Of a stretch of DNA of 64,000 nt, positions 18,066 to 28,702 are shown in pieces. A model generated the notes under the pieces. The model made no database searches. It was not told the origin of the DNA and was given only the letters and a program-made list of their open reading frames with translations. The DNA comes from a virus (Duplodnaviria > Caudoviricetes): positions 19,772 through 83,771 of IMG/VR virus record IMGVR_UViG_3300010163_000016; one strand, 5' to 3'. Numbering within the stretch: position 1 is the first letter of the stretch; each line of letters starts with the position of its first letter. The translations under genes and the position numbers were made by a program.

Positions 18066-18384
18066 ATTTATCCGTATGGTTTCCAAGAAATATGGATACA
18101 GCCAAGATGTTGTCCGGGGATGGGTCGTGGCGATCACCGAAAGTATGGGGGAGGTTCTTGCCGCCGGCGACGATTTAAAGCTTCCTGGTTTTGGCACCTT
18201 TGAGCAGCGCATCTCCGCTCCAAAGGTTGGCCGGAATAAATACACCGGAGAGCCGGTGGATATCCCGGCAAGACACAAGGTCACCTTTGTGATGAGTACC
18301 GGGATCAAAGAGATGCTCCATGAGATCCCTGTAGAAAATGGCGCCCTCCCCTCTACAGATTGCAGTGGTGGGCAGAGGCAGTAG
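18052..18384 (+). CDS. HU-family DNA-binding protein
   Basis: 'L.LPGFGTFE.R..A...GRN..TGE...IPA...V.F'. Confidence 0.9.
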   Translation: MTRNEFIRMVSKKYGYSQDVVRGWVVAITESMGEVLAAGDDLKLPGFGTFEQRISAPKVGRNKYTGEPVDIPARHKVTFVMSTGIKEMLHEIPVENGALPSTDCSGGQRQ

Positions 18385-18483
18385 CACATATTAGACAACA
18401 ACCGAGCAGCCGGCCAGACACCCTTGGGTTTTCCTCCTTTCCCCTGGGTCCTGGCCGGCTGCTGATTGATTAAGGAGACAAAT

Positions 18484-19506
18484 ATGGGACGGAAAACAAA
18501 GCAGAACAAGCTGACGTCCCCCGAGTTGCTTGCCCAGGTCAATCCTGATAATCGGGACCTCCTGGATGATTTTCTGACCTATTTAAAGTCCACGCAGCAC
18601 AGCCCGGGGACGATCAGCGGCTATAAGAATGATCTGGAGATTTTCTTTGTGTGGTGCCTTCAGAATTGCAGGAATAAACACTTCACGGAGATCACCAAAC
18701 GGGAAATCATCTCCTATCAGAATTGGCTGCTGACGGAAAACGAGAACTCCCCCGCGCGCGTAAGGCGCATGAAGAGCGCGCTCTCCAGCCTCAGCAGCTA
18801 CGTTGAGGATGTCCTGGACGATGAGTTCAAGGGATACAAGCCGGTTGTCAAAAAAATTAAGAATCCTCCGATCCGGCCGGTTCGGGAGAAGACCGTATGG
18901 CAAGATGCTGAACTGGAAGAGCTGCTGGAGAAATTGGGTGAGGCCGGCGAGCATGAGAAAGCCTGCGTGGTCGCCCTCGCCATGTACAGCGGCCGGCGCA
19001 AGGCAGAACTCTGCCGGTTCCGTGTCTCTGATTTTGATGAGACCAACTTGGTTTGCGACGGCGCCCTGTACAAGAGTGCTCCCATCAGGACCAAGGGCCG
19101 TGCAGGCGGAAAGTATATCCCTTGCTACACATTGGCAAAAAAATTCAAGCCCTATCTGGACGCCTGGCTGAAACAGCGGGAGGGGCTGGGCATTGAGAGC
19201 GAGTGGCTGTTTCCTGACAAGAACGACCGGACACAGCAGATCCGTTTGTCCACGCTGAACAGCTGGGCGGAGATATTCAGCCGTATAACGGGCAGGCCGT
19301 TTTATTTACATAGTCTGAGGCATTTGTGGACTTCCAACATGGTGCGCGCCGGCATCCCGGACAGTGTCATTGCCCAGATCATCGGCTGGGACTCTATCGA
19401 CATGTGCCGGGTCTATACCGACATTGATACCGATGAACAAGTCTCCATGTATTTTGAAAACGGCGACATCAAGCAGAGTGTAAAGAGAGATATCTCGGAC
19501 CTATGA
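18484..19506 (+). CDS. Tyrosine recombinase with N-terminal SAM-like core-binding domain
   Basis: 'SGRRKAEL','RTKG','HSLRH','GWDS..MC..Y'. Confidence 0.85.
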   Translation: MGRKTKQNKLTSPELLAQVNPDNRDLLDDFLTYLKSTQHSPGTISGYKNDLEIFFVWCLQNCRNKHFTEITKREIISYQNWLLTENENSPARVRRMKSALSSLSSYVEDVLDDEFKGYKPVVKKIKNPPIRPVREKTVWQDAELEELLEKLGEAGEHEKACVVALAMYSGRRKAELCRFRVSDFDETNLVCDGALYKSAPIRTKGRAGGKYIPCYTLAKKFKPYLDAWLKQREGLGIESEWLFPDKNDRTQQIRLSTLNSWAEIFSRITGRPFYLHSLRHLWTSNMVRAGIPDSVIAQIIGWDSIDMCRVYTDIDTDEQVSMYFENGDIKQSVKRDISDL

Positions 19507-19516
19507 GGAGAAATAG

Positions 19517-20692
19517 ATGCCAAGAGGAAGGCCGAAAGGCACGGCGGTGAAAGCGCCGGCGCCAAAAAAGCCCGCAGCGCCAGGACTGATCCAAAAGGCA
19601 GATCCGCCGGGCACCGTCTATCGGTGTACCTGCTGCGGCAATCCATATGATACACAGCGAAACAACTTTCCAGTCAGCTACTCCCAACTTTTTGCCGGCT
19701 GGGGCGGTTATTTCCCCGTCTGCAAGAAGTGTATGAAACAGTATTATGAGTGGCTTCTGGAGGATACCTTCCAGGGAGACGAGGCGTCCGCCATGCGGCG
19801 GGTTGCCCAGCTCTGCGACTGGTACTTCAGCGGCGACTTGCTCTCCCAGGCAATGAGCGTGGCGGCGGACGCCCCTTACAGCCTGGTTAACGCCTACACG
19901 ATGCGAATGGGCATCCCTTATGTGAGAAAGCGCGGCGTGTCCTATGTCGATACCATCCTGCAGGAGCGTGCCGCTGAGCAGCATGCCGCTGAGGAGGACG
20001 CTGCACAGACTGCACATGCGGTTGAGCAGGCCGTTGCCGCCAAGGAAAAAGAGCTGACAGAGCAGTATGAGGCGTTGATCGACGAGATCAAGCGCAACGG
20101 ACGCATGGGGCTGGTCGGCGACGCGCCGGAGGTCACCATGGAGGATATCGACCCCGAAACTGTGCGGTTCTTTGGCGGTGGCTTTACGCCGGAGGAATAT
20201 TTCTATCTGGAGGACCAGTATAACGACTGGATGAAGGGCTATCCATGCGACTCCAAGGCCCAGGAGGAGATCTTCAAGAATATCAGCCTGGCGCAGCTGA
20301 ACGTCTTGAGAGCGCAGCACTCGCCGGACGGTGATACGACTAAGGCCATTAAGGCGTTTAACGACCAGCTGACCATGGCGAATATTGCGCCCAATCAGCA
20401 GAAAAACGTGCTGAATGACTCGGACACCTTCGGCACTCTCATTGAACGATGGGAAAACGAAAAGCCGATCCCGAAGCCAGACCCGGAGTGGGAGGATGTG
20501 GACGGCATCAAGAAGTACATCTCCACCTGGTTCTTCGGCCATCTGTGCAAGATGTTCAAGGTCAAAAACGACTGGGCCTCCCAATACGAGGACGAGATCG
20601 CCCCATACACTGCCCATCCGGTGGAGTACGAGGGCGATTTTGATATTTCTGAGGGGGGCTCTGACGGCGGCGGTGATGGCGATGCTCCGTAG
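19517..20692 (+). CDS. Zinc-binding protein upstream of terminase (candidate small terminase, YonG-like position)
   Basis: CxxC pairs 'CTCCG','CKKC'; position. Confidence 0.5.
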   Translation: MPRGRPKGTAVKAPAPKKPAAPGLIQKADPPGTVYRCTCCGNPYDTQRNNFPVSYSQLFAGWGGYFPVCKKCMKQYYEWLLEDTFQGDEASAMRRVAQLCDWYFSGDLLSQAMSVAADAPYSLVNAYTMRMGIPYVRKRGVSYVDTILQERAAEQHAAEEDAAQTAHAVEQAVAAKEKELTEQYEALIDEIKRNGRMGLVGDAPEVTMEDIDPETVRFFGGGFTPEEYFYLEDQYNDWMKGYPCDSKAQEEIFKNISLAQLNVLRAQHSPDGDTTKAIKAFNDQLTMANIAPNQQKNVLNDSDTFGTLIERWENEKPIPKPDPEWEDVDGIKKYISTWFFGHLCKMFKVKNDWASQYEDEIAPYTAHPVEYEGDFDISEGGSDGGGDGDAP

Positions 20693-20702
20693 ATGCAGGT
20701 CC

Positions 20703-22457
20703 ATGACCAGCGCCGAACTGCAGGAGCAGAGTGAAAAACTGCTGATGGACACAGTGGCGGAGCGGGCCAGCTTTTACCGGGCCAACCCCCACCGGTTCGC
20801 CAAGGAGTATCTGGGGCTCAATCTGCACATTTTCCAGCAGATTTTGCTCTGCATGATGAATATGTCTACGAACGCTATGATACTTGCCAGCAGAGGTATT
20901 GGCAAGTCCTTCATTGTAGCTATCTTCTGCTGTATCCGGTGCATCTTGTACCCCGGCTCCAAGGTCGTGGTGACCGCAAAGACCAGAGGTCAGGCCTACG
21001 AGATCATCGACAAGATCGACAAGGAGCTGATGCCACGCTCCGCCATGCTGCGCAGTGAGATCAATATCAAGAAGTCGAGCTTCACTGTGGCCGGCGGGAC
21101 TGTCGCCTTCTGGAACAGCTCCTATATCCAGGTGGTCACAGCCAACGACAACGCCCGGCACTTCCGGGCAAACGTCCTGTGCTGTGATGAGTTCAGAATG
21201 ATCGACCTGGACACCATCAATACCGTGCTCCGCAATTTCCTGGTGGGCGCCCGCTCCCCGGGTTATCTGAACAAACCGGAGTATAAGCACCTGGCCGAGC
21301 GCAACATTGAGCTGTACACCTCCTCCTGCTGGTACAGCTCCCACTGGAGTTATCAACTGGCAGAGGACTATATGGGGTATATGGCGGACTCCCGCAAGAA
21401 GTACTTCATCTGCGGTCTCCCCTATCAGCTGGCCGTCAAGGAGGGCATCCAAAGCCTGGAGGCCGTGGAGGACAAGATGTCGGAATCGACGTTCAACGCT
21501 GTGAAATTCCAGATGGAGTCTGAGGCCATTTGGTATTCCGACACCGATGGCGGTCTATACAGCTATTCGGATATCGCCCGCAATTGCAAGATCGACTACC
21601 CCATGCTTCCCAGCCGCCTGACGGATCTTCTCGGCGACAACCGGCTGCTCATCAAGCCGAAGGTGCGGGGCGAGATCCGCATCCTGTCTGCAGACCTGGC
21701 GCTGATGGGCTCTACCGGAGGCAAGCGGGGCAACAACGACGCCACCTCCATTTTCATCAACCAGATGCTGCCCACCAAGAGCGGACGGTATCTGAACAAC
21801 ATCATCTATACGGAAAACTTCGAAGGTGTTCACACCGAGGATCAGGCCCTCATCATCCGCAAGATGTTTGAGGAGTACGACTGTGACTATCTGCCGATAG
21901 ATAGTAAGGGTGTAGGTTTCGGTATTCTCGATCTGCTCCTCCGCGAACAGACCGACTATGCCACAGGCCAGATCTATCCTGCCCTGAGCTGCTGCAATGA
22001 CGATGACATTGCAGCCAGGTGCAGCGACAGCAGGGCTAAGAAGTGCATTTGGGCCATCAAAGGCACCGCCCGGTTCAACTCCGAGGCGGCTCTCGGTCTT
22101 CGGGAGGCCTTCCGCCAGGGGACCATCCGCCTGCTCCGCTCTGAATATGACTGTGATGACCTGCTGAGTGACATCAAGGGATGGAGCAAACTGGACACCA
22201 GCACGCAGATGAGCATCAAAATGGCCTACGTCAACACGGCGCTCCTGGTCAATGAGCTGATTAACCTGGACTACGAGGCCAAGGACACCCGCATCAAGGT
22301 CCGTGAGAAGGCCGGTATGCGAAAAGACCGATACAGCTCTCTCTCCTACAATCTGGCGGTGTCCAGAGAGCTGGAGCGCCAGCTGGCCCGCCCAAAGACA
22401 AGGCGCAGCATCAATATCGTACAATTCAAGCAGCCCAGCTTCAAAACATTTTCCTGA
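20703..22457 (+). CDS. Terminase large subunit
   Basis: Walker A 'ASRGIGKS', Walker B 'LCCDE', nuclease motifs 'SADLA','DATS','KDRYS'. Confidence 0.88.
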   Translation: MTSAELQEQSEKLLMDTVAERASFYRANPHRFAKEYLGLNLHIFQQILLCMMNMSTNAMILASRGIGKSFIVAIFCCIRCILYPGSKVVVTAKTRGQAYEIIDKIDKELMPRSAMLRSEINIKKSSFTVAGGTVAFWNSSYIQVVTANDNARHFRANVLCCDEFRMIDLDTINTVLRNFLVGARSPGYLNKPEYKHLAERNIELYTSSCWYSSHWSYQLAEDYMGYMADSRKKYFICGLPYQLAVKEGIQSLEAVEDKMSESTFNAVKFQMESEAIWYSDTDGGLYSYSDIARNCKIDYPMLPSRLTDLLGDNRLLIKPKVRGEIRILSADLALMGSTGGKRGNNDATSIFINQMLPTKSGRYLNNIIYTENFEGVHTEDQALIIRKMFEEYDCDYLPIDSKGVGFGILDLLLREQTDYATGQIYPALSCCNDDDIAARCSDSRAKKCIWAIKGTARFNSEAALGLREAFRQGTIRLLRSEYDCDDLLSDIKGWSKLDTSTQMSIKMAYVNTALLVNELINLDYEAKDTRIKVREKAGMRKDRYSSLSYNLAVSRELERQLARPKTRRSINIVQFKQPSFKTFS

Positions 22458-22477
22458 TAAAGTGAGGTGAGGAAAGA

Positions 22478-23986
22478 TTGATACAACACGCGAAGCGCAG
22501 GCCTCGGACGCTCCCCGCCAAAAAATCCGGCGCGGACGCCCAGAGAGAGGCGTTCGAGCGCGTTCTGCGGTTTGCCAAGCTGGCCCGCAATCAGCTGTGG
22601 AAGGTTGAGGATCAGTCCACCAAGGTCAACCCGCGATATACGCGATACACCAAAGAGAACCTGCTCTCCTACATGCAGTCCCCCGCCGCCAACGAAAAGA
22701 ATATTCGAAATGCCAGCATCTATATGTACGACGCTTCGACGCAGTACAAGCGCCTCATCCTGTACTATGCTTTTCTGCTGGATTTTGTATACACCATCGC
22801 TCCCCTGAATTACGACCCCGCCAAGTCGGACCCGGAGGCGTTCCGCAAGGCATACTGCAAGGTTGTTTTCCAGCTGGAGAACATGAATCTGCCCCATGAG
22901 ATGCAGAAGGCATTTCAGGTAGCTCTACGGGACGGCATCCTGTACGGCGCCATTTGGAAGACGAACAGCTCCTTCTACATCCAGAGGATTAATCCCGACT
23001 ACTGCGTGCTTACGGCCGTCAATGACGGGACCTGGGCTTACGCGGTGGATATGAGCCAGATCAAAGAAGAAGCTCTTGATCTCTACCCACCCGATTTCAC
23101 CGACATGTACCAGGCGTACAAGGCAGGCGGGAACAAGTACCAAGAGGTCCCGGAATCCATCGCCTTCTGCCTGAAGGCGGACGAGGCCAACGCGGCCTAC
23201 AGCCTGCCCCCGTGGGCATCCACCCTCCCTATGCTCTACGATATCGAGACCTACAAGGCGCTGCAGCAGACGGCGACGGAGATCGCCAACTATAAGCTGC
23301 TGGCTATGAAGATCGACACGAACGAGGATGGGACGCCCGCACTGGACTGGGATCTGGCGACACAGTATTACCGCCAGCTCTGTGCAGCCCTTCCGCCCTA
23401 TGTTGGGGCGGCCATCAGCCCCATGAAGATCGACTCCTTTGAATTTGACCGGGCGAACGGAACAAATGATGTGGATACTGTCAGCCGGGCGGAGGAGCAG
23501 TTCTGGTTCAATTCCGGAACCTCCCCCCTTCTTCACGGCAGTACCGGAAACAATACCGCCGGCGTTCTAAAGCTGTCCATCAAATCTGATGAGGAGCTGA
23601 TGCTGGGGCTTATGACACAGGCTGAGCGGATCATCAACCGTTTGCTGAAAACTGCCTCTGGAAAACAGAAGTTCAAGATCCATTTTCTGCCGGTCACGCG
23701 CTTTAACCGCGAGGAGCAGGCCAAGCTGTATAAGGAGGCGGCCACCCTGGGTATCCCGGGCGCAAAATCCGCCTATGCCGCCACGGTGGGTACGCCCCAG
23801 AGCGATCTCCCCGGCATGGAATATATCGAGATGGATCTGCTGGGAATGGGCGGACTGACCCCCCTGCAGAGCGGATATACCGTTTCCTCCGGAGAAAACA
23901 GCGGGCGGAAGCCGGCAGCGGACGGAGAACTGACCGACGAAGGCGAGCTGAGCCGCGAAAAGGACAGCAATGCCAACGCCGCATAG
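22478..23986 (+). CDS. Portal protein
   Basis: ~500 aa directly after terminase; 'LRDG','I.PDYC','YA.DMS'. Confidence 0.75.
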   Translation: MIQHAKRRPRTLPAKKSGADAQREAFERVLRFAKLARNQLWKVEDQSTKVNPRYTRYTKENLLSYMQSPAANEKNIRNASIYMYDASTQYKRLILYYAFLLDFVYTIAPLNYDPAKSDPEAFRKAYCKVVFQLENMNLPHEMQKAFQVALRDGILYGAIWKTNSSFYIQRINPDYCVLTAVNDGTWAYAVDMSQIKEEALDLYPPDFTDMYQAYKAGGNKYQEVPESIAFCLKADEANAAYSLPPWASTLPMLYDIETYKALQQTATEIANYKLLAMKIDTNEDGTPALDWDLATQYYRQLCAALPPYVGAAISPMKIDSFEFDRANGTNDVDTVSRAEEQFWFNSGTSPLLHGSTGNNTAGVLKLSIKSDEELMLGLMTQAERIINRLLKTASGKQKFKIHFLPVTRFNREEQAKLYKEAATLGIPGAKSAYAATVGTPQSDLPGMEYIEMDLLGMGGLTPLQSGYTVSSGENSGRKPAADGELTDEGELSREKDSNANAA

Positions 23987-23996
23987 GTAAAATAAC

Positions 23997-24203
23997 ATGC
24001 AGAAATATGTCTATATGCGAAGCCCGCTGAAGGCAGCCCAGCTGCTGGAGCGAGGCTTTTCTTATGTCAGGAGCCCTATGGCGCGGGGAAATTGCTTCTA
24101 TATCTTTGAGGCTGTCCCCGCTCTGCTGGCTGTGCTTGACGAGCAGTTCACCGTCAATGAGGACTATGTGCTGCGGGACGGCGCTGTGATGATAAACTTT
24201 TGA
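23997..24203 (+). CDS. Small hypothetical protein
   Basis: Fills the portal-scaffold gap and overlaps the next RBS. Confidence 0.55.
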   Translation: MQKYVYMRSPLKAAQLLERGFSYVRSPMARGNCFYIFEAVPALLAVLDEQFTVNEDYVLRDGAVMINF

Positions 24204-24220
24204 AGGGAGAAGCCTCTTCT

Positions 24221-25723
24221 ATGGATGAGCAAAAGAGATACGCTCAGATCACCTGCTGCAGCCGGATCGAGCCTGTCAAGCCTCTCAACGACGAGTTTAC
24301 GCTGTGCAAGGTCTATGTGCAGGGCGTGGGCAAGAATCGCAATTACAGCTATATGAGCCGGGAGAACATTCTCCGGGCCGAGCCTACGCTTCATTATGTC
24401 CCCGTAGTCGGGCATCTGATGCCCAAGTACGATGAGGACGGCAACGAAGTCGGCAAATATTTCGGCGGTCACGACTATGTTCTGGACGAGAACTGGAATG
24501 TAAAGGCGCTGACTGTGCCGTTTGGCGTTGTGACCAACGACCCCGTGGCGTTCGAGGAGGTGGAGGAATACGGGCAGAAGGTGCCCTATCTGACCGCCAC
24601 CACGATTCTGTGGACAGGCCGCTATCCCGAGCTGAAGGAGGCCATTTACTCCAATGACTGCTGGTTCAACCAGAGCATGGAGATCTCCGTCAGCCAGTCC
24701 CGCCCCTACAGCGAGGACAGCAACTACACGGAGCTGCTGGATTGGAATTACAGCGCCCTGTGTATCCTGGGGAAAAGCGACGAGCCCGAGTATCACGCCG
24801 AGCCCTGCTTTATCTCCTCCCGGTTCGTGCCGCTGACCTACAGCGAGAGCCGGGATCACTTCTATACCGATATGAGTGAGATGCGCGAGCATCTCGCTTT
24901 TATTTTATCACCCAGGAAAGGAGGAGAAACACCGATGGATCTGGAAAACATGCAGGCCATTCTGTCTGAGTTTGGCCTGACTGCCGACATGGTCGATTTT
25001 ACATGTGAGGGAATGGATGAGGATGCCCTGCGCCAGGCAGCCAAAGCGTTTGCCGAGGCGCACAAGGAGGACCATGGTTCCACCCCCGCCCCCGATTCCG
25101 GCTTCATGTGCGAGTTTGCCGTCACCTATAACCAGCGCCGGGACGCCCTGAACAACGCTCTGGACGATGTGACTGTCCGGGACGGGATGGGCGAAGTCGT
25201 TTCTGCCACCCATTATTGGGTGCAGGATTTTGACGACAGTTACGTCTATGTGGTGCGGTATCGGTGGCAGAGAGACGGAGACAGCCATGAGGATCACGGC
25301 CGCTTTGCCTATACCTTCGACAGCGGCGACCTCACCGCCTCCATCAGCGGCGAGTTTGAGGAGATGTTCCTGATGTGGCTTACCAATGATGAGAAACAGA
25401 AGCTGGAAACCTCCCGCAGCGTCTTTGAGGAGCTGCAGCGGTACAAGGACGAAAATGAGAAAGCCAAGCGCAAGGCCGCCGTGGACGAGCTGTTCGCCCA
25501 GTTCCAGGAGCTGGAGCAGGCGGATGGATTTGAGGCTATGCGCCTTGCCGCCTATGAATCCGGCGAACTGGAGGACATTGAGACCAAGCTGTACGCCATG
25601 CGTGGCAAGCTGGCGAAAAACTTTGCCAGAACGCCCGCCAAGTCTACGGTCCGTGTAGGGATCGGCCGCGAGAGCGGGAACGAGCCTGACGAGACCTTTG
25701 GGGGCCTGCTGCGCAAGTGGTAA
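24221..25723 (+). CDS. Prohead protease/scaffolding protein (YonD-like)
   Basis: N-terminal 'NRN.S','PVVG','QSMEI','SALCILG....EPCF'; acidic coiled-coil C-terminus. Confidence 0.7.
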   Translation: MDEQKRYAQITCCSRIEPVKPLNDEFTLCKVYVQGVGKNRNYSYMSRENILRAEPTLHYVPVVGHLMPKYDEDGNEVGKYFGGHDYVLDENWNVKALTVPFGVVTNDPVAFEEVEEYGQKVPYLTATTILWTGRYPELKEAIYSNDCWFNQSMEISVSQSRPYSEDSNYTELLDWNYSALCILGKSDEPEYHAEPCFISSRFVPLTYSESRDHFYTDMSEMREHLAFILSPRKGGETPMDLENMQAILSEFGLTADMVDFTCEGMDEDALRQAAKAFAEAHKEDHGSTPAPDSGFMCEFAVTYNQRRDALNNALDDVTVRDGMGEVVSATHYWVQDFDDSYVYVVRYRWQRDGDSHEDHGRFAYTFDSGDLTASISGEFEEMFLMWLTNDEKQKLETSRSVFEELQRYKDENEKAKRKAAVDELFAQFQELEQADGFEAMRLAAYESGELEDIETKLYAMRGKLAKNFARTPAKSTVRVGIGRESGNEPDETFGGLLRKW

Positions 25724-25796
25724 GCGCCGCCTCCAAAAAATACCAACCAAGCCGGGCTTTTGCCCGGCGCTTACTTTGATAAGGAGATATACAAAT

Positions 25797-26279
25797 ATGC
25801 CTTATGCAATTTGCAGAACGGACCGCCTGATGGGCACCCGCGCGGAGTCCATGCTGGTGTCCTGCCGCTATCAGAGCGGCGGCGCTGACGCTGAGATCGA
25901 AAACGGCAATGTTGTGGAGCTGAAGGGCCTGATGGCCGGCGAGCGGGAACTGTTTGTCGCCAATGCCCCTACCGCCGGTTCCAAGCTGACTGACTGTGTT
26001 CTCATCTGCACTCCCGAGGTGATGTACGATGAGCGCAAGAAGGACCTGAACCAGTTTATCAATGAGACCGGCACCAACTGCCGCGGCTACCGCCTCCACT
26101 CCGGCGACGTATTCTCCGTCACCAAGGAGGCCCTTGAGGGCGAGGCCAAGGTGGGCAATGCCATCGAGCTGATGGCCGGCACCAAGTGGAAGTCCGTGGC
26201 CTCCGCCACCTCCGGTTCCACTCAGGTGGGCAGCATCATCGAGCTGGACGGCGAGTACATCGTCATCCTGGTGGCGTAA
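25797..26279 (+). CDS. Head decoration protein (YonC-like)
   Basis: 'EIENG.VV.L.GL...ERE','PEVMYDE','R.YRL..GD.FSV'; immediately before the capsid gene. Confidence 0.65.
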   Translation: MPYAICRTDRLMGTRAESMLVSCRYQSGGADAEIENGNVVELKGLMAGERELFVANAPTAGSKLTDCVLICTPEVMYDERKKDLNQFINETGTNCRGYRLHSGDVFSVTKEALEGEAKVGNAIELMAGTKWKSVASATSGSTQVGSIIELDGEYIVILVA

Positions 26280-26297
26280 CAAGGGAGGTACATAGAA

Positions 26298-27299
26298 ATG
26301 ACCAATCAGTCTGATTTCATTCGGATGGCCCTGGCCGCAATGCGCGGCGAGGTCTCCGGCAACTTTACCGCTTCCGATACCTCTGAGTCCATCCGGCAGG
26401 CCATGATCGAGGCCAACGGCGGTTCTGCCGTCATCAATCTGAAGACCTTCCACCGGGGCAACAAGCTGTACGACCTGGTGGAGGAGCTGATCCCCCACAT
26501 TGCCGAGGAGGGCCTGCGGGGCGACGAGTTTTTCTTCAACATGGTGGATTACCGCAATCTGGCCGAGGGCGACGCACCCGACTTCTGGACCGAGGACAAG
26601 AGCGAGTTCATCGTGGCCGACGTGGCCAACGGCACCCAGGGCATCCGCCGCCAGCGCCTCAACGCCGGCGAGAACGTGACTTTGAGGACGACTCCTCACG
26701 CCATCAAGGTGTATGAGGAGCTGCGCCGCCTGCTGGCCGGCCGCGTGGACTTCAACACCTTCGTGGACAAGGTGAGCAAGGCTATCACCCGGGAGATGCG
26801 CTCCGACATCTACGCCGCCTTCAACGGTATCACCGCCGCTACTGCCGGCCTGAACGACACCTATGTGATCAGCGGCACCTTTGATGAGGACAAGCTGCTG
26901 GCCCTCATTGAGCATGTGGAGGCCAAGACCGGCAAGGTCGCCAAGATCCTTGGCACCAAGGCCGCCCTGCGGAAAGTCACCACTGCCGTTGTCTCCAACG
27001 AGGCCAAGAGCGATCTCTATAACATTGGATTTTACGGCAAGTTCAACGGTACGGATATGGTGGCCGTGCGGCAGGTTCACAAGGCCGGGACCGACACCTT
27101 CCTGCTGGACGACAACAAGATCTATGTGGTCGCCTCTGACGAGAAGCCTGTCAAGTTCGTCAATGAGGGCGACGCGCTGATCATCCAGAACGATCCCACC
27201 CAGAACGCTGATCTGACCCAGGAGTATCTGTGCATCCAGCAGTGGGGCGTGGGCGTGATGTTTGACAGTGTGATCGGCATCTACACCATCACCGGCTGA
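26298..27299 (+). CDS. Major capsid protein
   Basis: 333 aa, strongly biased codons, followed by a strong terminator; position. Confidence 0.8.
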   Translation: MTNQSDFIRMALAAMRGEVSGNFTASDTSESIRQAMIEANGGSAVINLKTFHRGNKLYDLVEELIPHIAEEGLRGDEFFFNMVDYRNLAEGDAPDFWTEDKSEFIVADVANGTQGIRRQRLNAGENVTLRTTPHAIKVYEELRRLLAGRVDFNTFVDKVSKAITREMRSDIYAAFNGITAATAGLNDTYVISGTFDEDKLLALIEHVEAKTGKVAKILGTKAALRKVTTAVVSNEAKSDLYNIGFYGKFNGTDMVAVRQVHKAGTDTFLLDDNKIYVVASDEKPVKFVNEGDALIIQNDPTQNADLTQEYLCIQQWGVGVMFDSVIGIYTITG

Positions 27300-27310
27300 T
27301 AGAAAGGGAC

Positions 27311-27349
27311 GATGGGGAGACGGACGGCAGGTCCGTCTCCCCATCTTTA
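27311..27349 (+). terminator. Terminator after the capsid gene
   Basis: GATGGGGAGACGGAC-loop-GTCCGTCTCCCCATCTTT. Confidence 0.8.
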
Positions 27350-27369
27350 TGGAATGAGAGGAAAATACT

Positions 27370-27930
27370 ATGCCCGCAAAAAGCACGACGAAGAAGCAGG
27401 AAACTGCTCCCCAGGCGGAGCAGACGCCTGTGAAGGCAAACCCTGGGAAGGTGCGCCTGGATGACAGCGCCCTGATCCGGGTCAAGAGCAACACCTTCGG
27501 CACCCTGATCTACATCAACAAGCGCACCGGGGACAAGACGGAGTGGAATGGCTTCGGCGACGAACAGCCGATGACGATGGCAGATCTGCGCGCCATGAGG
27601 GGCACCCAGAACACATTCTTCAGCGACAACATGATCGTCATCACGGGGTGTGACGATGAACGCTATCCGGACGCGGCCCCCTCTGATATCTATGACGCGC
27701 TGCTGGTGAGCAAATATTATAAAAATATGCTGGATCCAGACCGGTTTGATACGCTCTTCTCGATGCCGGACGCTGAGATCCGCGAGCGTGTCGGATATCT
27801 GACCGGCAACGCCAGGCTGAATCTGGTGGTGGCCCTGAACAAGGCAGTACAGTCCGGCCAGCTGGATTCCCTGCGGAAGATCCGGCTGTTCGAGGAGCTG
27901 CTGGGCTGTGAGCTGGCAAAGCCGCAGTAA
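27370..27930 (+). CDS. Head-associated hypothetical protein (YonA-like position)
   Basis: GAGAGG RBS; SPbeta-like synteny. Confidence 0.6.
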   Translation: MPAKSTTKKQETAPQAEQTPVKANPGKVRLDDSALIRVKSNTFGTLIYINKRTGDKTEWNGFGDEQPMTMADLRAMRGTQNTFFSDNMIVITGCDDERYPDAAPSDIYDALLVSKYYKNMLDPDRFDTLFSMPDAEIRERVGYLTGNARLNLVVALNKAVQSGQLDSLRKIRLFEELLGCELAKPQ

Positions 27931-27941
27931 CGAGGTGAAGC

Positions 27942-28385
27942 ATGTCCACCCCCTACAGAAATATCATCCAGAGGGCGCAGTTTCGTGTGACGGATTACGA
28001 CGTGCTGAAACGCTCCTTCCAGTGCCAGATCGATATGATGGCGGAATATCTGTTCTGCGCTGTGGCGGACTTTGCGCCCTACTGTGAATTTGACCTGGAG
28101 GATCGGGACGAGGATCTGTTCCAGTTCAACCAGGATCTCGACCATGAGTGTATCCAGATCCTGGCCCTCGGCGTCGCCGCCTACTGGATGTCGTCCCGGG
28201 TCCTGAACAGCGAGCTGATGCGCAACAAACTGTCCGCCAAGGAGTACAGCTACTTCTCCCCTGCCGCCCTGCTGAGCGAAGTGAAGTCTCTGCGGGATAC
28301 CGTGATGGGAGAATTTAAGTCCGCTGTTGTCCGGTATACATACCGCCACGGGAATATCGTCCATCCCGGGCAGGAGGCGACATGA
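27942..28385 (+). CDS. Head-tail adaptor/connector
   Basis: 'ILALG...YW....V...ELM.N.LS.KEY..FSPA.LL'; position. Confidence 0.6.
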   Translation: MSTPYRNIIQRAQFRVTDYDVLKRSFQCQIDMMAEYLFCAVADFAPYCEFDLEDRDEDLFQFNQDLDHECIQILALGVAAYWMSSRVLNSELMRNKLSAKEYSYFSPAALLSEVKSLRDTVMGEFKSAVVRYTYRHGNIVHPGQEAT

Positions 28386-28702
28386 TGCGCTATACATCCT
28401 ATGTCGCCTCTATGGTTGACCGCGTATTTAAGCTGCTGCCCCTTCGGGAGCAGTCGGATGGCGATCCCTCCTTTTTGGACGTGTACCTGGACGATCTTGC
28501 TGGAGAGATGGCGGGCGCCTTGCAGACTTTTCCGGAGCTGTATCAGATCCCGGCCTTCGTCGCGTCGGTCAACAGGCTGCAAAATTTAAGCCGCCGGTGG
28601 ATGGAGATGGATTTTTCTCTATACCGGGGCGCTGTGCTGAAAATGACCAACGCATTGGCGGGTCTGGTAAAGGAGGACGTGGATGGATCACTGTCATCTT
28701 GA
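28382..28702 (+). CDS. Hypothetical neck-region protein
   Basis: Coupled to both neighbours. Confidence 0.55.
   Translation: MMRYTSYVASMVDRVFKLLPLREQSDGDPSFLDVYLDDLAGEMAGALQTFPELYQIPAFVASVNRLQNLSRRWMEMDFSLYRGAVLKMTNALAGLVKEDVDGSLSS

Noticed and set aside
25644-27503. 619-aa minus-strand ORF, and similar long antisense ORFs at 12786, 16875, 19469, 30901, 45111 and 51803
   Set aside because: Shadow frames of GC3-biased phage genes, with no RBS or recognisable motifs.
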